Source of the DNA: Myxococcales bacterium
Lineage (GTDB): Bacteria > Myxococcota_A > Polyangia > Polyangiales > Ga0077539
Length of the DNA stretch: 64,000 nt
Assembly: GCA_013298625.1 (NCBI GenBank)
Contig: JAAFIF010000016.1
Location: forward strand, 11,320 to 75,319
Direction of reading: 5' to 3'
This document shows, piece by piece, positions 35,899-45,743 of this stretch (position 1 is the stretch's first letter; each line of letters opens with the position of its first letter). The notes under the pieces were generated by a model, which was given only the letters and a program-made list of their open reading frames with translations, had not been told where the DNA came from and did not search any database. The translations under genes and the position numbers were made by a program.

Positions 35899-37209
35899 CT
35901 ACGCGCGCTCGGCGAGCTTCTCGAGGAGGCTCGTCGAGACGCTCACGAGCGAGAACACGTCGATCGCCCAGCCGTCGCGCACCGCCACGCGCTCTTGCAC
36001 GACGTTGAGCTTTCCGTACCGCGCCGAGAGCGCCGCGACGAGCGCCGCTGCGATGTTGGCGCTCGATCCCGTTCCCCCTTCGTTGAGCACGATCCCGATG
36101 GTGTCCTCGCCGAGCTCGACGGGGCGCGCGTACCCTTGCAGCACGTCGCTGATCCACGCGCGCTCGAGCTCGTTCTGCAGCGTCCCCGGCGGCAGCCGCG
36201 TCGCGATCACCGCCACGCGCCGGTGCTGCTCCTTCACCCGCATGCTGCGCGTCGGCCCCTCGAGCGGAACGAGGTTCGTCCCCGACTTGTGCCTCGGCTC
36301 TCCAGGCCCCATCACCTCGGTGAGCGCGCGCTGCAACAGCTCTGCGAGGTCCTCGACCGTGTCGAAGCGCTCGTCCGGCATAAACGACAGCGCTCGGTGC
36401 ACCGCGTGCTCGACGTGATCGGGCCACGGCTCTCGATCATTGGGCACCACCATCGTCCGCGGCGGCTGTCCCGAGCTCTTGTCGACCGTCCCCTTCATCG
36501 TCCGCTCGTCGAAGGGCAGCCGCCCCGTGAGCATCTCGTAGAGCACCACGCCGATCGCGTACTGGTCCGAGCGCGCGTCGATGCGCTGCCCCAACATCTG
36601 CTCCGGGGACATGTAGTTGAGCGTCCCGAGCACTTCGCCCGCGCCCGTCAGATGCAGGTCCTCGGACGTCCCCGCGAACTTGCGCGCCACGCCGAAGTCC
36701 ACGAGCTTCACCCGCGCGGACTCCGTGCGCTCGAGCATCACGTTCGACGGCTTGACGTCGCGGTGCAAAACGCCCGCCGAGTGCACGGCCTGAAGCCCTT
36801 CGATCATCCCGAGCGCCACGGTCGTCGCCTCTTGCCACGGCAACGATCCGCCGCAGCGCTGAAGCATTCGATCCAGTGACTCTCCGTCCACGTACTCGAG
36901 CACGAGCACGCCGCCGCCGTCGGGCAGGCGCCCGAAGTCCAGCAGGCTAGCGACGTTGGGGTGATGCACGCGGGCCATCAAGCTCGCCTCGCGCTCGAAG
37001 CGGCCGAAGAAGAGCTGGTCGGGGTCCCTGTGCTCGACCTTCACCGCCACCGTCGTGCCCGTCTGCACGTGCTGCGCGCGGTAGACGAGCCCCATCGCGC
37101 CTTGCCCGATGACGGCTTCGATCTGGTAGCGATCGAGGAGGATCGTCCCCGCGTCGAAGCTGCGAGCGAACGAAGGGACCTCGGCGAGCGCGATCGATGA
37201 TGTGCTCAT
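35899..37209 (-). CDS. Hanks-type Ser/Thr protein kinase, 436 aa, with an uncharacterised C-terminal domain
   Basis: Trimmed to the ATG at 37209, which overlaps the stop of the GAF gene (ATGA). 'GQGAMGLVY', 'VAVK', 'HRDVKPSNVM', 'DFG', 'SPE'. Confidence 0.88.
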   Translation of the reverse strand: MSTSSIALAEVPSFARSFDAGTILLDRYQIEAVIGQGAMGLVYRAQHVQTGTTVAVKVEHRDPDQLFFGRFEREASLMARVHHPNVASLLDFGRLPDGGGVLVLEYVDGESLDRMLQRCGGSLPWQEATTVALGMIEGLQAVHSAGVLHRDVKPSNVMLERTESARVKLVDFGVARKFAGTSEDLHLTGAGEVLGTLNYMSPEQMLGQRIDARSDQYAIGVVLYEMLTGRLPFDERTMKGTVDKSSGQPPRTMVVPNDREPWPDHVEHAVHRALSFMPDERFDTVEDLAELLQRALTEVMGPGEPRHKSGTNLVPLEGPTRSMRVKEQHRRVAVIATRLPPGTLQNELERAWISDVLQGYARPVELGEDTIGIVLNEGGTGSSANIAAALVAALSARYGKLNVVQERVAVRDGWAIDVFSLVSVSTSLLEKLAERA

Positions 37210-37970
37210 GACCGTCCCTCGTCGTTGTAGGGGCGCATGATCGAGCGGGGCGCGACGCCGGACTCCATCGGGTCGATCGGCTGCGCGAGCGGTCGCAGCG
37301 CGGCGACCATCTCTTGCCACTTGAAGTGGCGCTCTTCCATGTGCTCGAGCATCGAGAGTCCTCGCTCGAAGTGCTCTTCGTCCAGCGTGCCCTTGCGTCG
37401 CGCGAGCGCGAGCCGCGAGAGCGCCGCGCTCTCGATCAAGGGCATCTCGTCTTCGCTCGAGTCGTCCTCGCGATCGAGCTCGTTGAGCGACAGCTCCGCG
37501 AAGCGCGCCTCGACCTCCACGGCCGCTTCGCTCAGCGCCGCGATCACGGATTCATCGAACGCCCGCGGCCGTCGATCCGCGACCACCACCGTCCCCACCA
37601 CCTGTCCGCCCAGCCGCACGGGAACCGTCGCGTAGCTCCGCACCCCGTATCGATCCGAGAACATCTTCTGCGTCCCCGTCCCGCTCGACCCATCGGTGAC
37701 GATCACCGGCCGCCCTTCGCGCACGCACTGGTCGCACGGCGCGCCGATGCGCGAAATCGCGCGGCTGACTTGCAGCTCCGGCGGCATCCCCACCGCCGCG
37801 CGCAGCAGCAACACCCGCGAGAGGGCGATCGTCACCGCGCCCACCGGCGCTCCGACGCGCGCCGTCACAGCGCTGATCACGCGATCGAGAACAGCGTCCG
37901 ATCGAAGCTCCGTCAGCACGGGCCCGATCGCAAGAAGCCTCGTTCGCTCGTCCAATGGCAACTGCGACAT
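37206..37970 (-). CDS. GAF domain protein
   Basis: 254 aa. 'LDRVISAVTARVGAPVGAVTIA...RSYATVPVRLGGQVVGTVVVADRRPRAF' is GAF-like. Acidic linker plus a helical C-terminus. Confidence 0.7.
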   Translation of the reverse strand: MSQLPLDERTRLLAIGPVLTELRSDAVLDRVISAVTARVGAPVGAVTIALSRVLLLRAAVGMPPELQVSRAISRIGAPCDQCVREGRPVIVTDGSSGTGTQKMFSDRYGVRSYATVPVRLGGQVVGTVVVADRRPRAFDESVIAALSEAAVEVEARFAELSLNELDREDDSSEDEMPLIESAALSRLALARRKGTLDEEHFERGLSMLEHMEERHFKWQEMVAALRPLAQPIDPMESGVAPRSIMRPYNDEGRS

Positions 37971-37997
37971 TCTTATTACTCTACCAAATGAATCGCG

Positions 37998-40900
37998 CTA
38001 CGCGAGTGGCTGCGTGACGAACACCGACGCGAACTGCGCTGGCCGTCGAACCCCTTGATCCGTGAAGGCTTTCTGCCCTTGCGCCAGCAGCGCAGCGCCC
38101 TCGTCCCCGCCCACGATCCTGCCGACCGCCAGCCGCGCGGCCGCCGCGTGCAGGTGCATGTCCGCGGTCTCGAAGCCCTGCAGCGCCGCGCGATACAGCG
38201 AGAGCGCCGCGCGGTCGTCGCCGCCGATCGCCGCGCTCGCCGCGCGCAACGAGAGCCCTCGCGCGCGCGCCATCATCCCAGGCTCGCGCTCGAGCTTCGC
38301 GCCGATCGCCGTGACCTCTTTGAGCAGCTCGTCCCGCTGGTATCCCCGCTGCGCGCGCGCAGCGGTGAGCACGACGCCGCCGAGCGCGTTGAGCGACGCG
38401 ACCCTAAACACCTGCGCCGAGAGCATCAGCGAGCGCTCGAGCTTGGGCCACCGCTCACGCAGCCACGGCAGCGTCCGATCGCTCTCTCCCTCGTAGATCG
38501 CGAGCTGCGTTCGCCCGAGGATCTCCAAGAAGTGACCGAACAAGAACGTGCTCGAAGGGATCCGCCGCGCCGCGTCTTCGATCACCGCGTGCGCGCCGCT
38601 CACGTCGTGGTTCATCACCCGACGCAGGGACTCCCAGCGAAGCGCGCTGCGCACGAGGCCCGCGATGAAATTGCGCTCCTTCGCGTCGCGCTCTTGCCGC
38701 GCGGCGCCGCGAAACGCCTGGGCGATCTTGCCCTGGTTCACCAGCGCCTCGGTGATCAACGACGCCGCGGTGTCCGCGTCCCACACGGCGCCGGGGACCT
38801 TCGTCAGCACGTCGAGCGCGCGCTCGCAGCGGGCGATCGCCTGAGACCAGCGGCCCACCATCAAGTCCGTGAAGCCGTAGCCCATGTCGATGCAGCCGCG
38901 CAGGTACGGGTCTCGACAGCGCATCGAGAGCTCTTCAGCCTGGCGCAGCACGTCGAGCGCCTTGTGCTCGTTGCTCGGGCCGACGACGGCGAGCGTCGTC
39001 GAGTACCGAAGCAGCCCGAGCCCCACGCGCACGGGCTCGCCGACTTCGAGCGCGGTCCGCATGAACCGCGTGAGATAGAACATCGAGAGCAGAGAGTTGG
39101 CGAAGGCCGTTCCCATCCCTGCGTGGTGGTAGAGGTCCAGGCGCTGCAGGGTGTCGGCGTCGATCGCGCTGGCGGGGCGCTCGCGAAAGCGCGTCCCCCG
39201 CAGGCGGATCCACATCGTGTCCGCCGCGAGCGCAGCGCCGAGCGTGATCTGGTTGCTCGGGATGCTCACGCCGAGCTGGTCGGCGACCGCGCCGACCGCG
39301 CGCACGCCGTCCTCGTGTCGGCCGTCGATGAAGAACTGCACTCCGCCGTTGCGTCGCAGCTCGATCGAGCGAATCCGGTCGTCCACCAGGTCCGCCGCTT
39401 GAATAAACGTCTCGGCCGCCGCGCCGTTGCGCCCGCAGGACGCGAGCGCGTGCGCCATGCGCGCGAGCAGCTCGGCCCTGGCGCGCCCCTTCGCGTCTCC
39501 CCACGTGATCGCGGCTTCGTACCAGCGCGCCGCGCGCTCGAAGGCGAACGCGCGATCTGCTTTGTGCGCGGCTTCGAGGGCGGCCTTCGCCGCCGCTGCG
39601 AGCTCTCCGGCGCCCGCGAGGTGCTCGGCCTTCAGACCGGGCTCGCTCTCGGGCCGCGCTTCGAGCGCGTCGGCCAGGGCCTTGTGTCTCGCGCGAAGCA
39701 CCGCGGGGTCGAGCTCGCTCACGACGGTCTCTCGAATCCGGTCGTGGTACGGCTCGATCGAGTCTGCTTCTTTCGCGCCAGCGATCCGCACCATGTTCGC
39801 CGCGCGCAGCGCGCGCAGCGCGGGGTACGCCTGCGCGCCCAGGTTGGACGCGTCGAAGATCACCCGCTGCGGCACGGGCTGACCGATCACCGCGATCAGC
39901 TCGAGCAGCGCGCGGGGCTCTGGCAGCAGCGCAGCCACACGCGCGAGCACGACGTCTTTGAGACCGATCGAACGAGATGCGTCCGCGTCCGGGCGCTCTG
40001 CGGTGTACCGAGCGAGCTCGCCCAAGAAGAAGGGGTTGCCCGCGGCTTCGTGCGCGATGCGCTCGGCCTCGTCGCTGGTGTCTCTTCCGTCTGCGCGCTT
40101 GCCGAGCAAGCGGCGCGCGAGCCCGACGGCGTCGCGGTGCGTGAGCGGGCTGACGTCGATCACCCTGCGGTCGAGCGACGAGGACTCGACGCTGTCGAAC
40201 GGCGTGGCGACGTGTCGAGGCGCGCCGCGCAGGGTGGCGACGAAGAGCACGTTGGGGGCGTCTGGGCCCGTGAGCAGCTCGCGCAAGAGCGCGGCGCTGT
40301 CGTCGTCGCCCCACTGCAGGTCGTCGACGGCGATCACCACGGGGCGCAGGGCGCTGACGCGCACGAGCAGCTCGCGCAGCGCGGCGAACGCTGCCTCGCG
40401 TGGCGTCGCGAGCGCGTCGTCTTCTGAGGGCTTGCCGAGGGCTGCGCGCGTCCCGCTCGGTGTGCTGAGCGGCTCGGCGCGCTCTCTCTTGTGCGCTTGG
40501 GTCTCGTCGACGACGAGCACAGGAAACAGCTGTCCGAGCTCGTCCATCGCCTTCGGCAACAGCACCGCGAGCTCGTCGAGCGGCCTGCTGCGAAGGTGCA
40601 CGCTGAGCGCGTCCATCACGCTGTCCAGCGCCTTGAACGGAACGCTCTTTCTCTCGTCGCACCGCCCCGTCAGCACCAGCGCCGAGCGCTGGCGCCGCGC
40701 CTCGTCGAGAAACTTCGCGACCAGCGCGCTCTTTCCCACACCAGAGGCCCCGTACACTTCGACCACCACGGGGTGACCTGCGGCAGTGTCGCTCAGCGCG
40801 CTGCGCAGCGCCGTGAAGAGCTCTTCGCGTCCTACCAGCGTTTCGTGTCCGCTCGTCGGCGTCGACGGCCCGATGTTGAGCGTGACGCCCTGGTGAGCGC

Positions 40901-41852
40901 CCACCATCCGCGCGATCTGCCCCGCGTTGGGCCTGCGCGCGGGGTCCCTCTGCAACAACGCCTCGCACAGCTCGCAGAGGTCCTTGGGCAGCCCTTGCGC
41001 GAACGCCTCGGGCGCGGGCGGCTCGTTGTACTGCCGCTCGGCCACGATCTCCGCGATCGTCCCGACGAAGGGCCTGCGCCCGGTGAGGGCTTCGAACAAG
41101 AGCGTCCCGACCGAGTACCAGTCGCTCGCGGGCGTAAGCGCATCACCGATGCTCTGCTCCGGGGACATGTACTCGGGCGTGCCGACGATGGCCGTCGACG
41201 TGTGCTCGTTGGGCGCGTCGATCAGGACGCGACCGCTCACGGCATCGGTGCTGGCCGCGGGACGCACCAGGCCGAAGTCCAAGAGCACCACCCTGCCTTC
41301 GCGGGTGACCATCACGTTGGATGGCTTGATGTCCCGGTGAAGCATCCCGAGCTGGTGCAGCCCTGCGACGCCTTCGAACAGCTGCGGAAGCGCCAATCGC
41401 AGCCGCTGCACGTCGAGCTGCTTGGACCCCGCGCTGCTCGGATACGCTCGGGGAGAGCGCAGCCGGTCTTCGCTCTCGGGGGCGAGCTCGAGGGTGGCGA
41501 GCACCTCGTCTCGCTCGCGGCGACCGACGCGGACGTGCGAGAGAACGTCCGTTCCGTCGAGAAACTCCATGGTGAAGAACCAGTGGCCCTCGTGCTCGGC
41601 GAGCTCGTACAGGGCGACCAGGTTCGGGTGCGAGACGTCTGCGAGCGCGCGAAACTCTTGCTTGAGCGCGATCAAGGTGTCCGACGTGATCCGCTGCAGC
41701 GCCTTGAGGGCGACGGTCCCGCCGAGCTCCATGTCGAGCGCCTCGTACACGACACCGAAGCCTCCGACGCCGACGCGCCGCACGAGCTTGTATCGCGGAG
41801 ACCCTCGAAACTCACCGAGGTTTGCCGCCCGGCCTGATGTCGGTCCGCTCAC
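37998..41852 (-). CDS. Ser/Thr protein kinase fused to an AAA/STAND-type ATPase and TPR-like repeats (1284 aa)
   Basis: GTG start at 41852. Kinase 'GVGGFGVVY', 'VALK', 'HRDIKPSNVM', 'DFG', 'SPE'. Walker A 'VYGASGVGKSALV' and Walker B 'VVIAVDDLQWGD'. Long helical repeat C-terminus. Confidence 0.9.
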   Translation of the reverse strand: MSGPTSGRAANLGEFRGSPRYKLVRRVGVGGFGVVYEALDMELGGTVALKALQRITSDTLIALKQEFRALADVSHPNLVALYELAEHEGHWFFTMEFLDGTDVLSHVRVGRRERDEVLATLELAPESEDRLRSPRAYPSSAGSKQLDVQRLRLALPQLFEGVAGLHQLGMLHRDIKPSNVMVTREGRVVLLDFGLVRPAASTDAVSGRVLIDAPNEHTSTAIVGTPEYMSPEQSIGDALTPASDWYSVGTLLFEALTGRRPFVGTIAEIVAERQYNEPPAPEAFAQGLPKDLCELCEALLQRDPARRPNAGQIARMVGAHQGVTLNIGPSTPTSGHETLVGREELFTALRSALSDTAAGHPVVVEVYGASGVGKSALVAKFLDEARRQRSALVLTGRCDERKSVPFKALDSVMDALSVHLRSRPLDELAVLLPKAMDELGQLFPVLVVDETQAHKRERAEPLSTPSGTRAALGKPSEDDALATPREAAFAALRELLVRVSALRPVVIAVDDLQWGDDDSAALLRELLTGPDAPNVLFVATLRGAPRHVATPFDSVESSSLDRRVIDVSPLTHRDAVGLARRLLGKRADGRDTSDEAERIAHEAAGNPFFLGELARYTAERPDADASRSIGLKDVVLARVAALLPEPRALLELIAVIGQPVPQRVIFDASNLGAQAYPALRALRAANMVRIAGAKEADSIEPYHDRIRETVVSELDPAVLRARHKALADALEARPESEPGLKAEHLAGAGELAAAAKAALEAAHKADRAFAFERAARWYEAAITWGDAKGRARAELLARMAHALASCGRNGAAAETFIQAADLVDDRIRSIELRRNGGVQFFIDGRHEDGVRAVGAVADQLGVSIPSNQITLGAALAADTMWIRLRGTRFRERPASAIDADTLQRLDLYHHAGMGTAFANSLLSMFYLTRFMRTALEVGEPVRVGLGLLRYSTTLAVVGPSNEHKALDVLRQAEELSMRCRDPYLRGCIDMGYGFTDLMVGRWSQAIARCERALDVLTKVPGAVWDADTAASLITEALVNQGKIAQAFRGAARQERDAKERNFIAGLVRSALRWESLRRVMNHDVSGAHAVIEDAARRIPSSTFLFGHFLEILGRTQLAIYEGESDRTLPWLRERWPKLERSLMLSAQVFRVASLNALGGVVLTAARAQRGYQRDELLKEVTAIGAKLEREPGMMARARGLSLRAASAAIGGDDRAALSLYRAALQGFETADMHLHAAAARLAVGRIVGGDEGAALLAQGQKAFTDQGVRRPAQFASVFVTQPLA

Positions 41853-42302
41853 TCGTCGAAGAGACTACGCGAATGCCCCACCCCCACGCGACCACAACGC
41901 GTGCGCGGCCGCGGAGTGACGCGCTAGTCGCGCGGAGCGAGCGTCGGTTCGAGCGGTTGAAGTGCGCGATGGCCGGCCGCTCTTCGCGTGCATCAATCGA
42001 GTCGTAGAATAGAGGGTGGAAGGTCGAAGATTGTGCCAATGAAGTCGTTAAACAGAGGTTCGACCCTTGGCGTTTGTCTAAATAAGGTCATGGTTTATAG
42101 GTTAGTCCCTTGGATTTCGCGTGTTTGATGGGAGTATCTGTGTCGTTTGCGGCAAATAATGTGGCGTTCGTGCGTGCAAATCATGTCTCGCAACTGGGCC
42201 ATTGAGGCTTCGAGAGCCTGAAACACGGAGCTGCTACTCAGGGGTAGGGCCCTCGATGCTCGGGTTTCTATGCCGTCTGGGCGCGTACGGCCCGCGCCAT
42301 CG

Positions 42303-42503
42303 AAGCTGGCGCGCTTGCGCGTGGCGCAGCCAACGAGCGCCCTGGCATCCGCCAGGGCTTTAGGCAACTCGGGTCTGCCTCTGAAACACCAGCGCTCCGT
42401 CATGTTGTGGCCCCCGTTCGCTCGCGCTCACGTGCCTCAGCTCGGGCTTCATGCCCGAGCGCTTGTCGGCAGCACGCAAGCGCGCCGACTTTGACGGCGC
42501 GCG
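42303..42503 (+). repeat. structured repeat R1 (201 bp)
   Basis: Identical to 43394-43594. Terminal inverted repeat GGCGCGCTTGCG / CGCAAGCGCGCC. Internal hairpins CCCTGGC-atcc-GCCAGGG (42340-42357) and GCTCGGGC-ttcat-GCCCGAGC (42440-42460). Confidence 0.9.
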
Positions 42504-42521
42504 TGGCCTCCGCGCGCCGTC

Positions 42522-42725
42522 AAGTCGGCGCGCTTGCGCGTGGCGTCGCCAACGAGCGCCTTGGCATCCGCCAGGGCTCAGGCAACTCGGCTCTCCCTGT
42601 GAAACACCAGCGCTTCAGCACACAGCCGCGCCCGCACGCTCGCGCTCACGTGCCTCAGCTCGGGCCTCGTGCCCGAGCGCTTGTCGGCAGCGCCGCACGC
42701 AAGCGCGCCGACTTGACGGCGCGCG
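42522..42725 (+). repeat. structured repeat R2 (diverged tandem copy)
   Basis: Same ends and the same two hairpins as R1, but a diverged central segment of about 25 nt. It is joined to R1 by the palindrome GACGGCGCGCG-tggcctc-CGCGCGCCGTC (42493-42521). Confidence 0.85.
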
Positions 42726-42864
42726 AGGGCGCGTGATGGCGACGGGGTTGGCTTCACCGTGCGGCGCAGGACGCTCGTGACTGCCTGTGGTTGCTTCGCT
42801 TCAGTCAGCGCGCCGCTCGACGACGCTCCGCAACTCTGGTTGCGCAACTGCGAGAACGCTCGTC

Positions 42865-43365
42865 ATGAGCAAAGTCGTTCGACGGCATTTTATCCATCTG
42901 GTGTGGTCCACTCGGGGGCGGAGCGCCGTGATCGACGCTGCGCGCGCGGAGTTCGTGCACGAGGCCATCGCGGCGCAGTGTTTTCGACTCGACTGCGGAG
43001 TGATCGCAGTCTCGACCAGCGTCGACCACGCGCACTTGCTTTGCCGAGTGTCTCCTAAGGTGCCCGTGATGGAGCTGGTTCGCGCGACGAAGAGCGCCAG
43101 CTCTGTGCTGTTCAACCGTGCCTTCGGCGCGGACGTGCTTCGCTGGCAAGAGGGGTACGGGGAGTTCTCTGTATCTCCATGGGACGTCGCAGCCATCGCA
43201 GAGTACGTGAAGAACCAGCGCACCAGACACGAGAGCGGCGAGGTCGATCAATGGCTCGAAGATGTTCCTCGCCGCGACAAACGCGCAGATCATCCGCAGG
43301 CGCACTCGATCGAGACGCAAACAGACGCTCCGACAATGTTGCTGCAAACGCGCTCCCGACGTTAG
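42865..43365 (+). CDS. IS200-like Y1 HUH transposase / REP-associated tyrosine transposase (RAYT)-like protein, 166 aa
   Basis: Trimmed to the ATG at 42865 (MSKVVRRHFIHLVWSTRGR...). HUH motif 'VDHAHLL' and catalytic-Tyr helix 'AEYVKNQRTRH' (Y-x-x-N-Q-x-x-H). Confidence 0.85.
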   Translation: MSKVVRRHFIHLVWSTRGRSAVIDAARAEFVHEAIAAQCFRLDCGVIAVSTSVDHAHLLCRVSPKVPVMELVRATKSASSVLFNRAFGADVLRWQEGYGEFSVSPWDVAAIAEYVKNQRTRHESGEVDQWLEDVPRRDKRADHPQAHSIETQTDAPTMLLQTRSRR

Positions 43366-43393
43366 TCGACAGCGTGGCCTCCGCGCGCCATCC

Positions 43394-43594
43394 AAGCTGG
43401 CGCGCTTGCGCGTGGCGCAGCCAACGAGCGCCCTGGCATCCGCCAGGGCTTTAGGCAACTCGGGTCTGCCTCTGAAACACCAGCGCTCCGTCATGTTGTG
43501 GCCCCCGTTCGCTCGCGCTCACGTGCCTCAGCTCGGGCTTCATGCCCGAGCGCTTGTCGGCAGCACGCAAGCGCGCCGACTTTGACGGCGCGCG
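43394..43594 (+). repeat. structured repeat R3 (201 bp, identical to R1)
   Basis: Read base by base against 42303-42503 with no difference found. It starts 28 nt after the transposase stop. Confidence 0.9.
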
Positions 43595-43669
43595 GGCAGC
43601 GCGCGGGCCGCACGCACGCGCGCCGACTCGCACCGCCCCCGCGAAGCCCCCCCCTTTGCTACGCCGCGA

Positions 43670-45517
<1,848 letters not shown>

Positions 45518-45743
45518 GGCGAGCGCTACTAGCAGCGATTCGCGAACAAAGGTCAAGTGAGACTCGCGAGCATTTTCGCTCGAATTTGTCCCGTAAACCC
45601 CGCGTCGATTTGCTACACGAATCGTTCGCGCAGGGGGCGAAATTCAGAGCGGCCTTCAACGGCCTGCGCGATGTCGGCCTCGCCGCTCGTCGAGGCGACA
45701 GAACCGTCGCGGCCCCCGAAAATTGTGCACCTCGCAGCGCTCT

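Larger units (their letters stand above)
42283..43594 (+). mobile_element. REP/RAYT-like unit: an HUH-Y1 (IS200-like) transposase gene bracketed by about 200-bp structured repeats
   Basis: Order is R1 (42303-42503), R2 (42522-42725), tnpA-like CDS (42865-43365), R3 (43394-43594). R1 and R3 are identical over 201 bp by direct reading. No TnpB gene is present. Confidence 0.75.

Noticed and set aside
41950-42290. Retron msr/msd, tRNA or IS200/IS605 omega-RNA in the low-G+C stretch
   Set aside because: No reverse transcriptase or TnpB gene is in the window. I could find no cloverleaf and no long inverted repeats of the retron type. I kept it only as an unexplained low-G+C segment.
42303-43594. 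Possible CRISPR array
   Set aside because: The repeat units are about 200 bp. Two are contiguous and one is separated by a transposase gene. There is no short repeat/spacer periodicity, and no cas genes are in the window.
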